NCBI GenBank assembly: GCA_046290465.1
Contig: JBKAGP010000001.1
Location: forward strand, 192,001 to 256,000
From: Planctomycetota bacterium
Lineage (GTDB): Bacteria; Planctomycetota; UBA1135; UBA2386
Length of the DNA: 64,000 bases
Direction: 5' to 3'
Part shown: positions 1-9,564 of the stretch, piece by piece
Numbering within the stretch: position 1 is the first letter of the stretch
How the letters are laid out: every line of letters begins with the position of its first letter
The notes under the pieces: generated by a model
What the model was told of the DNA's origin: nothing
The model's database searches: none
Seen by the model: only the letters and a program-made list of their open reading frames with translations
Made by a program: the position numbers and the translations under genes

Positions 1-1
1 C

Positions 2-93
2 GTCGAGTGCACCAGCCGAGACTTCGAGACCTACGACCCGACGCTCGAAAAGGCGCTGGCGCTGCTCCGCGAGCGTATCAAGAACGGCAAGTA
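2..93 (+). CDS. 3' end of a gene entering from the left (...VECTSRDFETYDPTLEKALALLRERIKNGK*); product unknown
   Basis: Open frame with GC3-rich codons from position 2 to TAG at 91-93; truncated by the window edge. Confidence 0.5.
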
Positions 94-115
94 GGGCCCG
101 CCCGCAGCCAGCGGG

Positions 116-1399
116 CTACCGCGCGTGCAGCGCGAGGTGGATCTGCCTGGCCCACGCCTTCGGCGCCGGCCATCGGCGCACCGTGCGGCGTTTGAGGTCG
201 CACAGGTGCAGCGTGCCGTCGGCGAGCACTAGCAGCCGCTGGCCGTCGGGCATGCGACAGGCGCCGGCGAAGCTGCGCAGCTGCACGCCGCGATCGCGCA
301 AGAACACGCGCGCGAGGTTGTCGTCGTCGGGCTGCAGGCCCTCGGCCCGGAACGCCTCGCGCAGGTAGCCCGGTACGCCGGCCGCCGCCAGCGGGTCGGG
401 CGTGTCGAGGTCGCGCTCGGCGTAGTCGGTGCGCAGCAGTTCTTTGCCGGTCGCGACGTCGATCGTGACCCACTGCGCGTCGCGCTCCAGCACGAAGTCC
501 TCGAGGTCGGCGTGCGCACCTTCCGCCGGGCGCCGTTCGACGTAGCGGAACATGCCGCCGACCAGCTCGGTCGGCATCGCCGTCGGGATCACCCCGATCC
601 CCGAGCCACCGCGCGCCTGCATGCGCACGCGCACCGAGCTCTCGGCGCCGGTCTCGAGGTCGCAGATGCGCACCTCCTGGTGCACGATGCCGAGCTCGCC
701 GAACGGCAGCGCGACCAACCTGCGGCCCTGCTCGTCGAAGAACGCGCCGTGGCGCACCACGTAGCGGCCACCGCTCCAGAGCGTGCGGCGCCGGTCGGAC
801 CGCGGCTGCGCCAGCACCTTGTCGAAGCGCTGCGTCACCTCGCCGCGCGCCGCATCGAACCGCGCCAGCTTGCCGTCGCGGACGACCAGCCACTCGTCGC
901 CGTGCCGCGCCAGCACCTCGATCCGCTCTGCCAGCGGCTCGACCTCGCCGCTGGCCGCATCGATCACGACCTGGCCCTCGCTGGTCTCGACGATGGTCCG
1001 GCCCCGCGCCGTTCCGAGCGAACGCGCCCGCGCCGTGCGCAGCAGGTCGGTGGTGGTGAACGTCGCCGCATCGAAGCGCAGGATCCGCACCTCGTAGTAC
1101 CGCACGTCCGCCCGCCCCGGCCGCACCTGCCAGCGCAGCAACCCGACCGAACCGTCGAGCGGCGTCGGCGCCCACGAACTGTCGCCGAGCACCAGCCGTC
1201 GCTGCGCCGGCTCGCCGACGGGCACGTCCCAGATGCTGGCCTCGCGTCGGCCGTCCTTGGTCTGGGTCAGCGTGATCGCGACGAAGCGGGGGGCGGAGTC
1301 GGTTGGTTGTGGGGTGGGGGTGGCGCTCTGGTCCTGGCCGCGGGTGGTGCCGGCGAGGGCGAGCAGGGCCAAAAGGTGGAGCGCCGTCGGGGGTGGCAT
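116..1399 (-). CDS. Secreted hypothetical protein, possibly beta-propeller-like
   Basis: C-terminal 427 aa of ORF 116..2386; ATG at 1399 is followed by a signal-peptide-like segment (MPPPTALHLLALLALAGTTRG); beta-rich sequence with host-like codon usage. Confidence 0.65.
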   Translation of the reverse strand: MPPPTALHLLALLALAGTTRGQDQSATPTPQPTDSAPRFVAITLTQTKDGRREASIWDVPVGEPAQRRLVLGDSSWAPTPLDGSVGLLRWQVRPGRADVRYYEVRILRFDAATFTTTDLLRTARARSLGTARGRTIVETSEGQVVIDAASGEVEPLAERIEVLARHGDEWLVVRDGKLARFDAARGEVTQRFDKVLAQPRSDRRRTLWSGGRYVVRHGAFFDEQGRRLVALPFGELGIVHQEVRICDLETGAESSVRVRMQARGGSGIGVIPTAMPTELVGGMFRYVERRPAEGAHADLEDFVLERDAQWVTIDVATGKELLRTDYAERDLDTPDPLAAAGVPGYLREAFRAEGLQPDDDNLARVFLRDRGVQLRSFAGACRMPDGQRLLVLADGTLHLCDLKRRTVRRWPAPKAWARQIHLALHAR

Positions 1400-1469
1400 G
1401 TTGGTGCAGTAGAGACGCGGACGACCGAGGCTGTGTAAGCGATCTGTCGACGCCCGAGGCTGCGCAGCT

Positions 1470-4400
1470 TCAACCAGCGGCCGCGCGAGCGATCCGCAGC
1501 AAGGACTCGGGCATCGCGTGGTCGAGCCGCCAGGTGATCTGGATCGGTCGTTCGCCTTGATCGCGTTCTCGCCTGGCCGTGCCGAGGAACACGAATCCTT
1601 CGGCGCGGCCACGGTCGTCCTTGGGCCGGTTACGGACGAACAACAGCACGTGGGACGAACCCTCGAGATAGCGGCGGCCCGTGGGCGAACGGCGGGTGGT
1701 GCCGCTCTGGCTCTCCCAGTGGAACAGGTCTCGCGAGATCGCAAAGTCGCGGTAGCGCGTCGTCGGCGAATAGCCGCTGCCCGTCTTGTCGAGCGTGACG
1801 AACAGCAGGTCGGCGTTGCGGTCCTCGACGAACTTGACGCCTTCGCGCGCCGCCAGCTTCTGGCCAGGCTGCCGCGCACCGAGCGCGACCAGCACCTCGC
1901 CGCGGGTGTAGGTCGCATGCAGGTGCAGCGGCACGTCCGCCCATGGCGAACAGGGCCGGGTGGCGACGTCGGCGCGCTGCTCGAGCACGTCTGCAAGTTC
2001 GAGCAGCTCCGCCTGCATGGCTGGCTCGGCCCGCATCGCTGCCAGCAGACCCGGCCGGTCAGGCGGCGCCTTGCCGTCGTCGAACAGGATGAACGCCAGC
2101 ATGCGTTCGACACACCGGCTGCGATCCGTGTCCAGGTCTGGCCTCGCACGCGCCAGCGCTCCGAGCGCCGCGATCCGCTCGGGATCGTCGAGACCGAGCA
2201 GGCGCAGGTGGATCGCGCGCTGCAGCTCCGGCTCGCGGGGCCCTGGCGGGTCGCACGGCAGCTCGGCAGCCCGGCGGAGAGCGGACCAGCCGCGATGGCT
2301 GCGGTAGATGTCTTCTGGTTCGCGCAGGGTTTCGGCGCAGAACCGCGCCAGCGTGATGCGCCCGTGCACACGTTCGAGGTCGGCAAGCTCGCGCGCGAGG
2401 TTGGCGGTCGCCGCGCTGGTCGCCGCCTTGAGGTTCTCGAGCACGTGTGCTTCGACCTGGCGGTCGAGCTGCAGATGGCATCCGGACGGCAGGCGCGGAA
2501 AGCGGTCCTGCAGTTCGCGGGCGATGCCGCTGCGGCTGAGTCCGGTCAGTGCGCGCAGTCGCTGGTCGAAGCGAAACCGCGTGTGCTGTCGGCCGATGAA
2601 GTCGAGGACCGTGCAGACCGACTTGCTGCGGTGCAGGCGAAGGCCGCGACCGAGCTGCTGCAGGAACACGATGTGGCTCTCGGTGGGGCGGAGCAGGAGG
2701 ATCGTGTCGACCTCGGGCACGTCGACGCCTTCGCTGAGCACATCAACGGCGAACACGACGTTGGTGGTGCCGTCGCGCAGCTGTTGCAGGGTGCGTTCCC
2801 GTTGGTCGTGCGGAGTCTCACCGACGATGACGCTTGCCGGGATGCCCGCCGCCTCGAATCTCGCGGCCATGTAGCGCGCGTGGGCGACCGACACGCAGAA
2901 CCCGAACGCGCGCATGTGCCGCGGTTCTGCGACGTGATGCCTCAGGGCCTCGAGCACCTTGGCCGTGCGCGCGTCGTTGCCGTCGCGGATCACGTACTGC
3001 GCCTCGAGGTCGGCGATCCGATAGCCGCCGCGCTGCCATTGCAGCTGCGAAAGGTCGGAGCCGTCGGCGACCCCGAAGTAGTGGAACGGGGCCAGCAGCT
3101 GCTGGTCGAGCGCGTCCCACAGCCGCATCTCGAACGCGTAGCGACCCCCGAAGTAGCGATCGCGAACATCGTGGCCGTCGGTGCGCTCTGGCGTCGCGGT
3201 CAGGCCGACGAGCAGCTTGGGCTGCAGCCGATCGAGCATGCGGCGGTAGGTCGGCGCTTCCGCGTGGTGGAACTCGTCGACGTAGACGATGTCGAACTGG
3301 CGTTCGGGCAGCGCGTCGGCGTCCATCCGGCTGAGCGATTGCACCGAGGCGAACACATGCCGCCACTCGGTCGGCACGATGCCGTCGACGAAGGTCTCGC
3401 CGAAGTCGCCCCGACGCAACACGTCCCGAAACGTGCGTCGCGACTGGTCGAGGATCTCCTTGCGGTGCGCGATGAACAGCAGGCTCGGATTGGTGCCGAC
3501 GTCGAGGCCGCCGGATCCTTCACGCAGCGCCTGGTAGTCCAGCGCCGCGACGACGGTCTTGCCAGTGCCTGTCGGGGCCACGACCAGGCTGTTCTTCCGG
3601 GCGTGCCGTTGCCGGTCGACCACCAGCGCCTCGAGCATCTGTCGCTGGTAGTGCCACGGCCGCACCTCGATCCCCGACAGCGGACTCGATTGGTCCGCGC
3701 CGCCGATGGCGCGGGTCGCTCGATCGAACCGCTCGGCATCGCGGTCCGGGTCGTAGCGTTCGAAGCTGTCGTCGTTCCAGAGCGATTCGAAGGTCGCCTC
3801 CAGCTTGGCGAACACCTCGGGTGCGGCCTTGCGGGCGAGCCTGACGTTCCATTCGATGCCGTCCACGAGGGCCGCGTGGCTGAGGTTGGACGAACCGACG
3901 AATGCGGTCGAGTAGCCGCTGTCGCGATGCACCAGCCACGACTTGGCGTGTAGCCGGGTGGTGCGGGTCTCGTAGCTGACCTTGACCTCGACGCCATGGG
4001 CGACCAGCCAGTCGAGTGCGCGCCGTTCGGTCGAGCCCGTGAAGGTCGTCGTCAGGATGCGCACCGGCCGTCGCTGCGCCGTCGCGTCTTCGAGGACGTC
4101 GAACAGGTAGCGCAGGCCGGTCCAGCGGATGAATGCGATGACGGCATCGACCCGGTCGGCGGTCTCCAGCTCCGTGGCCAGCGCATGCGCCAGGGACGGT
4201 TCGCCCGGGGCGTTGGTCAGCAGATCGTGGTCGACGAGCGGCACGTCGGGCAGGCTCGGTCGACGCTGGTGCGGCAGCAGCTCGGGCGTCAGCATGCGCA
4301 GCACGCGCGGCGGCGTGCAGAGGTGCTCGCGGTCGACCTCGACGCCCCGTTCGCGCAGCCAGTCGAGCAGGTCGTTGGCGAACTGGACCTGGGCGTTGGC

Positions 4401-4595
4401 GCGGTCCTTCGCGGGGAGCGACGCGAGTGCGGTCCGCAGGATTGCGCGGACGTGCTCGGCGAAGCGTTCTGGCGCCTCCTCGGGGTGGACCGGGGGGAGC
4501 AGGCAGCGTGCCTCGATGCCAACGAGGTGCGCCTGAAGGCGTTCGGTCAGGGGTGCCTCGTAGGCGCCGGTCGGCAGTTCTCCCTCACGCGACAT
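1470..4595 (-). CDS. PLD(HKD) nuclease + SF2 DExH helicase + DUF3427 protein (SauUSI-like type IV restriction candidate)
   Basis: RLHAKSW...GSSNLS (PLD HxK), APTGTGKT (Walker A), DEFHH, GLTATPER, QQLGRGLR, and C-terminal YSPTTRYRDFAISRDLFHWESQS; start taken at MSREG (4595). Confidence 0.9.
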   Translation of the reverse strand: MSREGELPTGAYEAPLTERLQAHLVGIEARCLLPPVHPEEAPERFAEHVRAILRTALASLPAKDRANAQVQFANDLLDWLRERGVEVDREHLCTPPRVLRMLTPELLPHQRRPSLPDVPLVDHDLLTNAPGEPSLAHALATELETADRVDAVIAFIRWTGLRYLFDVLEDATAQRRPVRILTTTFTGSTERRALDWLVAHGVEVKVSYETRTTRLHAKSWLVHRDSGYSTAFVGSSNLSHAALVDGIEWNVRLARKAAPEVFAKLEATFESLWNDDSFERYDPDRDAERFDRATRAIGGADQSSPLSGIEVRPWHYQRQMLEALVVDRQRHARKNSLVVAPTGTGKTVVAALDYQALREGSGGLDVGTNPSLLFIAHRKEILDQSRRTFRDVLRRGDFGETFVDGIVPTEWRHVFASVQSLSRMDADALPERQFDIVYVDEFHHAEAPTYRRMLDRLQPKLLVGLTATPERTDGHDVRDRYFGGRYAFEMRLWDALDQQLLAPFHYFGVADGSDLSQLQWQRGGYRIADLEAQYVIRDGNDARTAKVLEALRHHVAEPRHMRAFGFCVSVAHARYMAARFEAAGIPASVIVGETPHDQRERTLQQLRDGTTNVVFAVDVLSEGVDVPEVDTILLLRPTESHIVFLQQLGRGLRLHRSKSVCTVLDFIGRQHTRFRFDQRLRALTGLSRSGIARELQDRFPRLPSGCHLQLDRQVEAHVLENLKAATSAATANLARELADLERVHGRITLARFCAETLREPEDIYRSHRGWSALRRAAELPCDPPGPREPELQRAIHLRLLGLDDPERIAALGALARARPDLDTDRSRCVERMLAFILFDDGKAPPDRPGLLAAMRAEPAMQAELLELADVLEQRADVATRPCSPWADVPLHLHATYTRGEVLVALGARQPGQKLAAREGVKFVEDRNADLLFVTLDKTGSGYSPTTRYRDFAISRDLFHWESQSGTTRRSPTGRRYLEGSSHVLLFVRNRPKDDRGRAEGFVFLGTARRERDQGERPIQITWRLDHAMPESLLRIARAAAG

Positions 4596-4847
4596 GGCGC
4601 AGAGTGTGCCAGGTGGGCGCGCAGCGCGGTAGGTCGGGCTTGCTTGCCGGGCCCGTCCGCGCGCCGCGCAATCCCACGACATTTCTTGCAGCGCCGCAGC
4701 CAGCCACAAGAACACCCACGACGAGTCCTACCGCAATGCGCATGGGCGCAACGGTGGAGCCCCCTCGAGCCGCATCCCTGCGGTACCTTGTCGCGTTCCG
4801 GAGCGTCATGGCGCCCGGTCGCGACCCACGAATCCGAACCCCTCCAC

Positions 4848-6371
4848 ATGAACACCCTCCTCAAGCTCGCCACCATCTCGGGCCTCTGCGCCGCCGCGCA
4901 GGCCCAGGCCTTCAACTGGACCCTCGAGTCGCCGACCAACCTGCCGACCGCGCGCGAGCGCACGGCGACCGGCACCGACGGCACCAACTACTACATGTAC
5001 GGCGGCCAGAACGGCTCGACCGTCGCCGGCTACGACGAACTGTGGTCGTACGACGGCACCGACTGGACGCTGCTGACCGCTTCGGGCATCAGCGCCCCGA
5101 GCACCCGTCGCGGCGCCGTCGGCGCGTTCGACATCGCGCGCGGCAAGTTCGTCGTGTTCGGCGGCCTCGACACCAACGGCGTCGCCGGTGAGCGCGCCAG
5201 CGACACCTGGGAGTGGGACGCGACCAACGGCTGGGTCAACGTCACGCCCGCCTCGCCGTCGCCGGACGGCCGCTGGCTGGTCAACAACGGCGTCTACGTG
5301 CCGGGCATCGGCGTGGTCTTCCACGGCGGCAACGCGGTCGACGGCACCGGCACCGCCTACCGCAGCAACGAGACCTGGGCCTGGGTCGGTGGCGCCTGGG
5401 CGCTGCTGTCGAGCGGTGGCCCGGCGGTCCAGAACGCGATGATGGAATACCGCACGCTGCAGGGCGACCTGATCCTGCACGGCGGCCAGACCACCAACCC
5501 GACCACCGGCGCGACCGAGTTCAACGGCGAGACCTGGCGCTACGACTTCGGCACCGGCGCGTGGACGCAGCTGACGACCGGCGGCACCACGCCGTTCAAC
5601 AGCGCCAACACGTCGCAGGGCCTGTTTGCGGCGATGTCGTACTACAACCCGATGACCGGCATGGTCATCGTGCACGGTGGCAACGGCGGCAGCAGCAGCA
5701 CCAGCACCTGGCAGTTCGACGGCAGCGACTGGACCGACATCTCGACCAACGGCGTCGGCTGCCGCAACGGTGGCATGCACTGGATCAGCGCGCTCGGCAA
5801 GGGCGTCTACGGCCCGTGCAACGAGCAGAACGGCGCACGCAACCGCACCCGTTCGCACGGTCCGCAGACGCAGGCCGCGGTCAGCTCGTACGGCGCCGGC
5901 TGCGCCGGCATCGCCGGCACCGCGCTGACGCTCGCCAACGACAACGACCCGTGGATCGGCGTCACGTTCAGCGCGACCTGCACCAACATGAGCGCCGCCG
6001 CGCCGATCAAGCTGTCGATCTGGGGCTTCGGCACCAGCTCGACCCCGATCACCGGCCTGCTCGGCGCCGGCGCCGGCTGCACGCTGCTCAACTCGGCCGA
6101 CATCATCCTGGCCGACGTCGCCGCCTCGACCAGCTTCACCACGTCGCTGACGTTCCCGGCGGACCCGGCCTTCACCGGCCAGGCGGTCAACCTGCAGGTG
6201 GGTGAGGTCGACCTCGGCCCGACCAACCTCGCGACGTCGAACGGCCTGACGCTGACGATCGGCGGCTGGGTCGTGTGGGGCGTCCCGGCGTTTGGTGCGT
6301 CGGGGCGCTTCTGCTGCGTAGGGCTGCGTTGGCGGGTCTGCGCGCGGATCAGCTTGAAGCTGATCTTGTAG
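4848..6371 (+). CDS. Secreted kelch/galactose-oxidase-type beta-propeller protein with shared C-terminal domain; natural end probably about 6269
   Basis: Signal peptide MNTLLKLATISGLCAAAQAQA; repeated (F/H/Y)GG...(D/E)TW.(W/Y)DG..W units; C-terminal YGAGC...SNGLTLTIGG followed by an atypical 34-aa run-on. Confidence 0.8.
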   Translation: MNTLLKLATISGLCAAAQAQAFNWTLESPTNLPTARERTATGTDGTNYYMYGGQNGSTVAGYDELWSYDGTDWTLLTASGISAPSTRRGAVGAFDIARGKFVVFGGLDTNGVAGERASDTWEWDATNGWVNVTPASPSPDGRWLVNNGVYVPGIGVVFHGGNAVDGTGTAYRSNETWAWVGGAWALLSSGGPAVQNAMMEYRTLQGDLILHGGQTTNPTTGATEFNGETWRYDFGTGAWTQLTTGGTTPFNSANTSQGLFAAMSYYNPMTGMVIVHGGNGGSSSTSTWQFDGSDWTDISTNGVGCRNGGMHWISALGKGVYGPCNEQNGARNRTRSHGPQTQAAVSSYGAGCAGIAGTALTLANDNDPWIGVTFSATCTNMSAAAPIKLSIWGFGTSSTPITGLLGAGAGCTLLNSADIILADVAASTSFTTSLTFPADPAFTGQAVNLQVGEVDLGPTNLATSNGLTLTIGGWVVWGVPAFGASGRFCCVGLRWRVCARISLKLIL

Positions 6372-6679
6372 CGATAGAAGGAGACTGTCGGCGTCATCGC
6401 GAGCGCTCGCCGGATCCGCGGATCGTCGTCGTGCGCGACGATGATGCCTTCGACCGTCTGAGTAGGCTGGGCGAGTTCGTCCTGCACGAACCCCATGTAG
6501 CGCAGCACCTGGCCGACAACGGCGTCGCTGGCGCGGGCCTTCTTGAGCTCGACGACGAGCAGGCGCTGCTTGTCCTTGCTGATCGCGAGGATGTCGAGCG
6601 GGCCGGTGTCGGTCGGATAGTGCCGACTCTTCTCGCCGTCTTCCTCGAAGATGTCGAAGTCTTTGCCGAGTTCGGTCTG
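6338..6679 (-). pseudogene. Fragment of a NucS/DUF91-type PD-(D/E)XK endonuclease domain
   Basis: Frame reads QTELGKDFDIFEEDGE...YPTDTGPLDILAISKDKQRLLVVELKKARASDAVVGQVLRYMG...FYRYKISFKL, with D, ExK and QxxRY motifs; no plausible start upstream and no stop at the expected end. Confidence 0.75.
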
Positions 6680-7093
6680 CCTCGGCGAACGGTCAAGACC
6701 GGCCAGTGAGGTACGGTTGCGATCCGGCCAGTGCAGGACTCTCTTGAGGGCCGCCTGCCCTGCACTAGCCCACCCTTGGGCGGTCAGTCGGGAGGAACGA
6801 CTGGCCGGATTCTTGGCGACAACGACTGGCCGAACTCCAAGCGTTCGCCGAGAGTCGGAGGTTCTGTGGTCGGTCCGTGACGGGGCGTCGGCGGGAGCAT
6901 GCTGTGCGAAGCCGCGAATTCATGAGTCGTAAGCTGACGTTTTGATCCGTCGCTTGCGTGACTTGAGTTGTCCGTAGCATCTCAGCGTTCGATGCTGCCA
7001 ACATGGGAGGCCTGAAGTTCGAGGCGCGATCGCAAAGAGCAGGTGCTCAAGTTCATGGATGGGGACGCGTTCGCCGTGCTGCATGGTGGAGCC

Positions 7094-8953
7094 CTACGCC
7101 GATCCGAGCACGACGAGTTCAGCTGCCAAGTCGCGGCAGCTGGATTCGGTTGCAAGCAGAAGTGTGTTCAACTGGCGCATGTGGTCGGCGTCGTTGGTCT
7201 GCGTGCCGGCGGCGACAGCCTTGGTTGCCGTCATGTGTGCTGACTCGGTGACTCGAGGCTGAACGATGACGACCCGTCGGGCGTAGTTCGCATCAAGCGA
7301 CTCGAAGGCCTTGATGGCGTCTGCTCTGCTGTTCTTCTTCCTCCCATCTTTCCAGGTAGCTCTGGCGATGGCCTTGCCCTGCTTCGATTTGAGACGGCTG
7401 GCGAGTCCCTTCTGGTCAAGTAGGCGGAGGTTCTTCACAGCTTGCCCGCACACGACTTCGTATTCGGAGACCGACACTCGGCGACTGGAGCTGTCGCTAT
7501 TCGACGCCTTGACGTGGATGAGGGTCACGCGTGGCTGATCCAGGCCGACAGGCTTGAGGTCGAGGTGTACGAAGTCGGCAATCTCGTCCGCCCCATCATC
7601 GCATAGCAGCCAGCCTTTGGACGAAGCCAGTTTTGGGTGCCCGAACCAGTTGTTGACAATCCAGCAGAACAGCGAGTTTCGCTGGCCGATGAGGTCTGGC
7701 GTGAACACCGGCTTGCTGCCTTTGCCGGGTTTGGAGGGCTTCTCCTGTTTGCAGTCTGAAGGGCTGAAGTCGATCCAGGCCCAATTGTGGAAGGGGAGGT
7801 CGCGGTACTTCATCGCGAAGAGCGCGCCATCACTCAGTGTGACTCCTGACGCGTAGCGGACCCTCAGCCAGCGCTCATTCTGGCAGCTAGCGACAACTTG
7901 GTCGAACATGGCCTTGTCGCAGTTCTTTCCTGGCGAGCCGGTGACTCTTAGTTCGATGCCTCGTGGCCTTTGGGCTACATCAATGTCCACGGTGCCAAGG
8001 CGCGTCCCGTTGACCAGGACTTTGGCCTGCACGTTAGCGCCGGATGTAGGTGTTACGTCAAATTCCGTGTTGTAAGCTAGCCACTCGGCATCCAATAGCG
8101 CATTGGCGTCTCCCGCGCTGCCTGCTGACAGCAGCTCGGGGGGCACCAAAGACACGTCGAAAGCGTTCTTCGCGCGCTTTAGGTCGGAGACTGGAGTTGC
8201 GAGATACCCAAACCCCGAGCCACCAGGTTTCGGAGCTTTCTCAGCAGCATCTAAGGCAGCGAGAATCTTCCGAATGACTGCGCAGAACTCAGTCCAACTC
8301 TTGGACTTGCTAACCCAGATTCGCGAGCGGCGCTGGGAGAGACCTGTAGCTTTGTTGTCGAGTGCGCTGGCGTTCACTCGCGCAGCGGTCGCGTGGTATG
8401 ACTGGTCGTCGATGGGATTCAGCGTGTGATGAAGGTCCGTCCCGGTGAGGACCTTGCCATCCGCCTTCACGTCGGTCCTGCGGTGCACGCCAGATAGCCA
8501 CAGAGTGCGGGCAGGACCGTCAAGCAAGGCGTCTTCAAGTACTTCGCGACGGACTCGCCGAACTCGGTCCGTTAGTGCTGAGTTGCTACGTCCGCTAAGG
8601 AGGCGTTCGATCAACGCTTGTGCAGCATGTTCCGACGCGAAGATCGCGACATGGGAGTGGCAGCAGTAGGCCAAGGCAAGATGCTGCGTGACGTCCTTGA
8701 TCGATGCGTGTGCACCTGGAGCAAGCCAGGAGGGGCTCTGCTGATCGGTGTAGTGTAGGAATGCGCTGTTCTTGGGGGTCGAATTGGGTTTCGAGATCGA
8801 GGCTGCCTCTTGGCGATGGTCGCTGCCAACAACAAGTTCCTGCCGGATCTCATCAACTAGGCTCTCGGCTAGACCCGCGATCTTGCCAACGGCCCGACCG
8901 ACGAAGATCGAGATGTAGGGTGTAAGTTCGGAGACTTGCAGAACCTTGGCCAT
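7094..8953 (-). CDS. 619-aa hypothetical protein with a C-terminal PD-(D/E)XK-like nuclease motif
   Basis: Intact ORF with purine-rich SD-like sequence (GGGGAGAAGAG); many A/T-ending codons unlike flanking genes; LCDDGADEIADF...LIHVKAS...YEVVCGQAVKNL. Confidence 0.8.
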   Translation of the reverse strand: MAKVLQVSELTPYISIFVGRAVGKIAGLAESLVDEIRQELVVGSDHRQEAASISKPNSTPKNSAFLHYTDQQSPSWLAPGAHASIKDVTQHLALAYCCHSHVAIFASEHAAQALIERLLSGRSNSALTDRVRRVRREVLEDALLDGPARTLWLSGVHRRTDVKADGKVLTGTDLHHTLNPIDDQSYHATAARVNASALDNKATGLSQRRSRIWVSKSKSWTEFCAVIRKILAALDAAEKAPKPGGSGFGYLATPVSDLKRAKNAFDVSLVPPELLSAGSAGDANALLDAEWLAYNTEFDVTPTSGANVQAKVLVNGTRLGTVDIDVAQRPRGIELRVTGSPGKNCDKAMFDQVVASCQNERWLRVRYASGVTLSDGALFAMKYRDLPFHNWAWIDFSPSDCKQEKPSKPGKGSKPVFTPDLIGQRNSLFCWIVNNWFGHPKLASSKGWLLCDDGADEIADFVHLDLKPVGLDQPRVTLIHVKASNSDSSSRRVSVSEYEVVCGQAVKNLRLLDQKGLASRLKSKQGKAIARATWKDGRKKNSRADAIKAFESLDANYARRVVIVQPRVTESAHMTATKAVAAGTQTNDADHMRQLNTLLLATESSCRDLAAELVVLGSA

Positions 8954-9030
8954 GACTCTTCTCCCCTGCGATGACTCTGTTCTGCCTACGAAGCAGATTG
9001 GTACCTAAGCGGTGTGCTCAGGTCGCGTTC

Positions 9031-9060
9031 AGTTGGTCGGGCCGAGAGGAATCAGACCTC
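9031..9060 (-). repeat. Partial, degenerate copy of the tRNA-Pro 3' end (att-like site)
   Basis: AGTTGGTCGGGCCGAGAGGA (9031-9050) is identical to 11903-11922, then ATCAGACCTC versus TTCGAACCTC. Confidence 0.85.
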
Positions 9061-9204
9061 TGGCCGGCCTGGCAAAGATGGGCAATCGACCGCAAGGTGA
9101 CTCCCGAATCGGATTGCCAACGATGATGATAGCGAAGACGGTGCTGAAACACTAGATCACAGTCCGAATGGAGAGAGTCGGGTCACGGCGGTCGGTGATC
9201 GAGG

Positions 9205-9446
9205 TAAGCTTCCCTCGGTTTGGTGGACAGCCGGGTTAGGCTGCCGAAGCAGCGTTGAAGTTGTCCTCGAACTCGGCCGGGCACACGTGTCCCAGTCGCG
9301 AGTGTCGACGACGGCGGTTGTAGAACACCTCGATGTATTCGTGAATGGCTGACCGCACAGAATCGCGCGTGGGCCAGGTAGACCGGTAGATCAGTTCGGT
9401 CTTCAAGGTCCCGAAGAAGCTCTCGACGACAGCGTTGTCGTAGCAC
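9205..9446 (-). pseudogene. IS3-family remnant: OrfB C-terminus plus right inverted repeat
   Basis: CYDNAVVESFFGTLKTE...YIEVFYNRRRRHSRLG is the IS3 rve C-terminal signature; after the stop comes CTGTCCACCAAACCGAGGGAAGCTTA, resembling an IS3 IRR. Confidence 0.85.
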
Positions 9447-9564
9447 TTCGTGTGCACGGTCGCGGCCACTCGTCGCACCGCGCTGGCCAAAACGCCTTGG
9501 CCAAGAAGAGTTGCGGCGAGGCTCCGCGCGCTGACCTACTGGCCCGTGGCCAGTCTGCGGTCTT

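Noticed and set aside
5880..6347. Diversity-generating retroelement variable region, suggested by adenine depletion at a gene 3' end
   Set aside because: I found no reverse transcriptase and no template-repeat copy in the window, and the A-poor tract lies mostly beyond the natural gene end
6925..6975. Possible second att remnant (TTGAGTTG matches the sequence next to the tRNA 3' end)
   Set aside because: Only an 8-bp match with almost no tRNA sequence; compatible with chance
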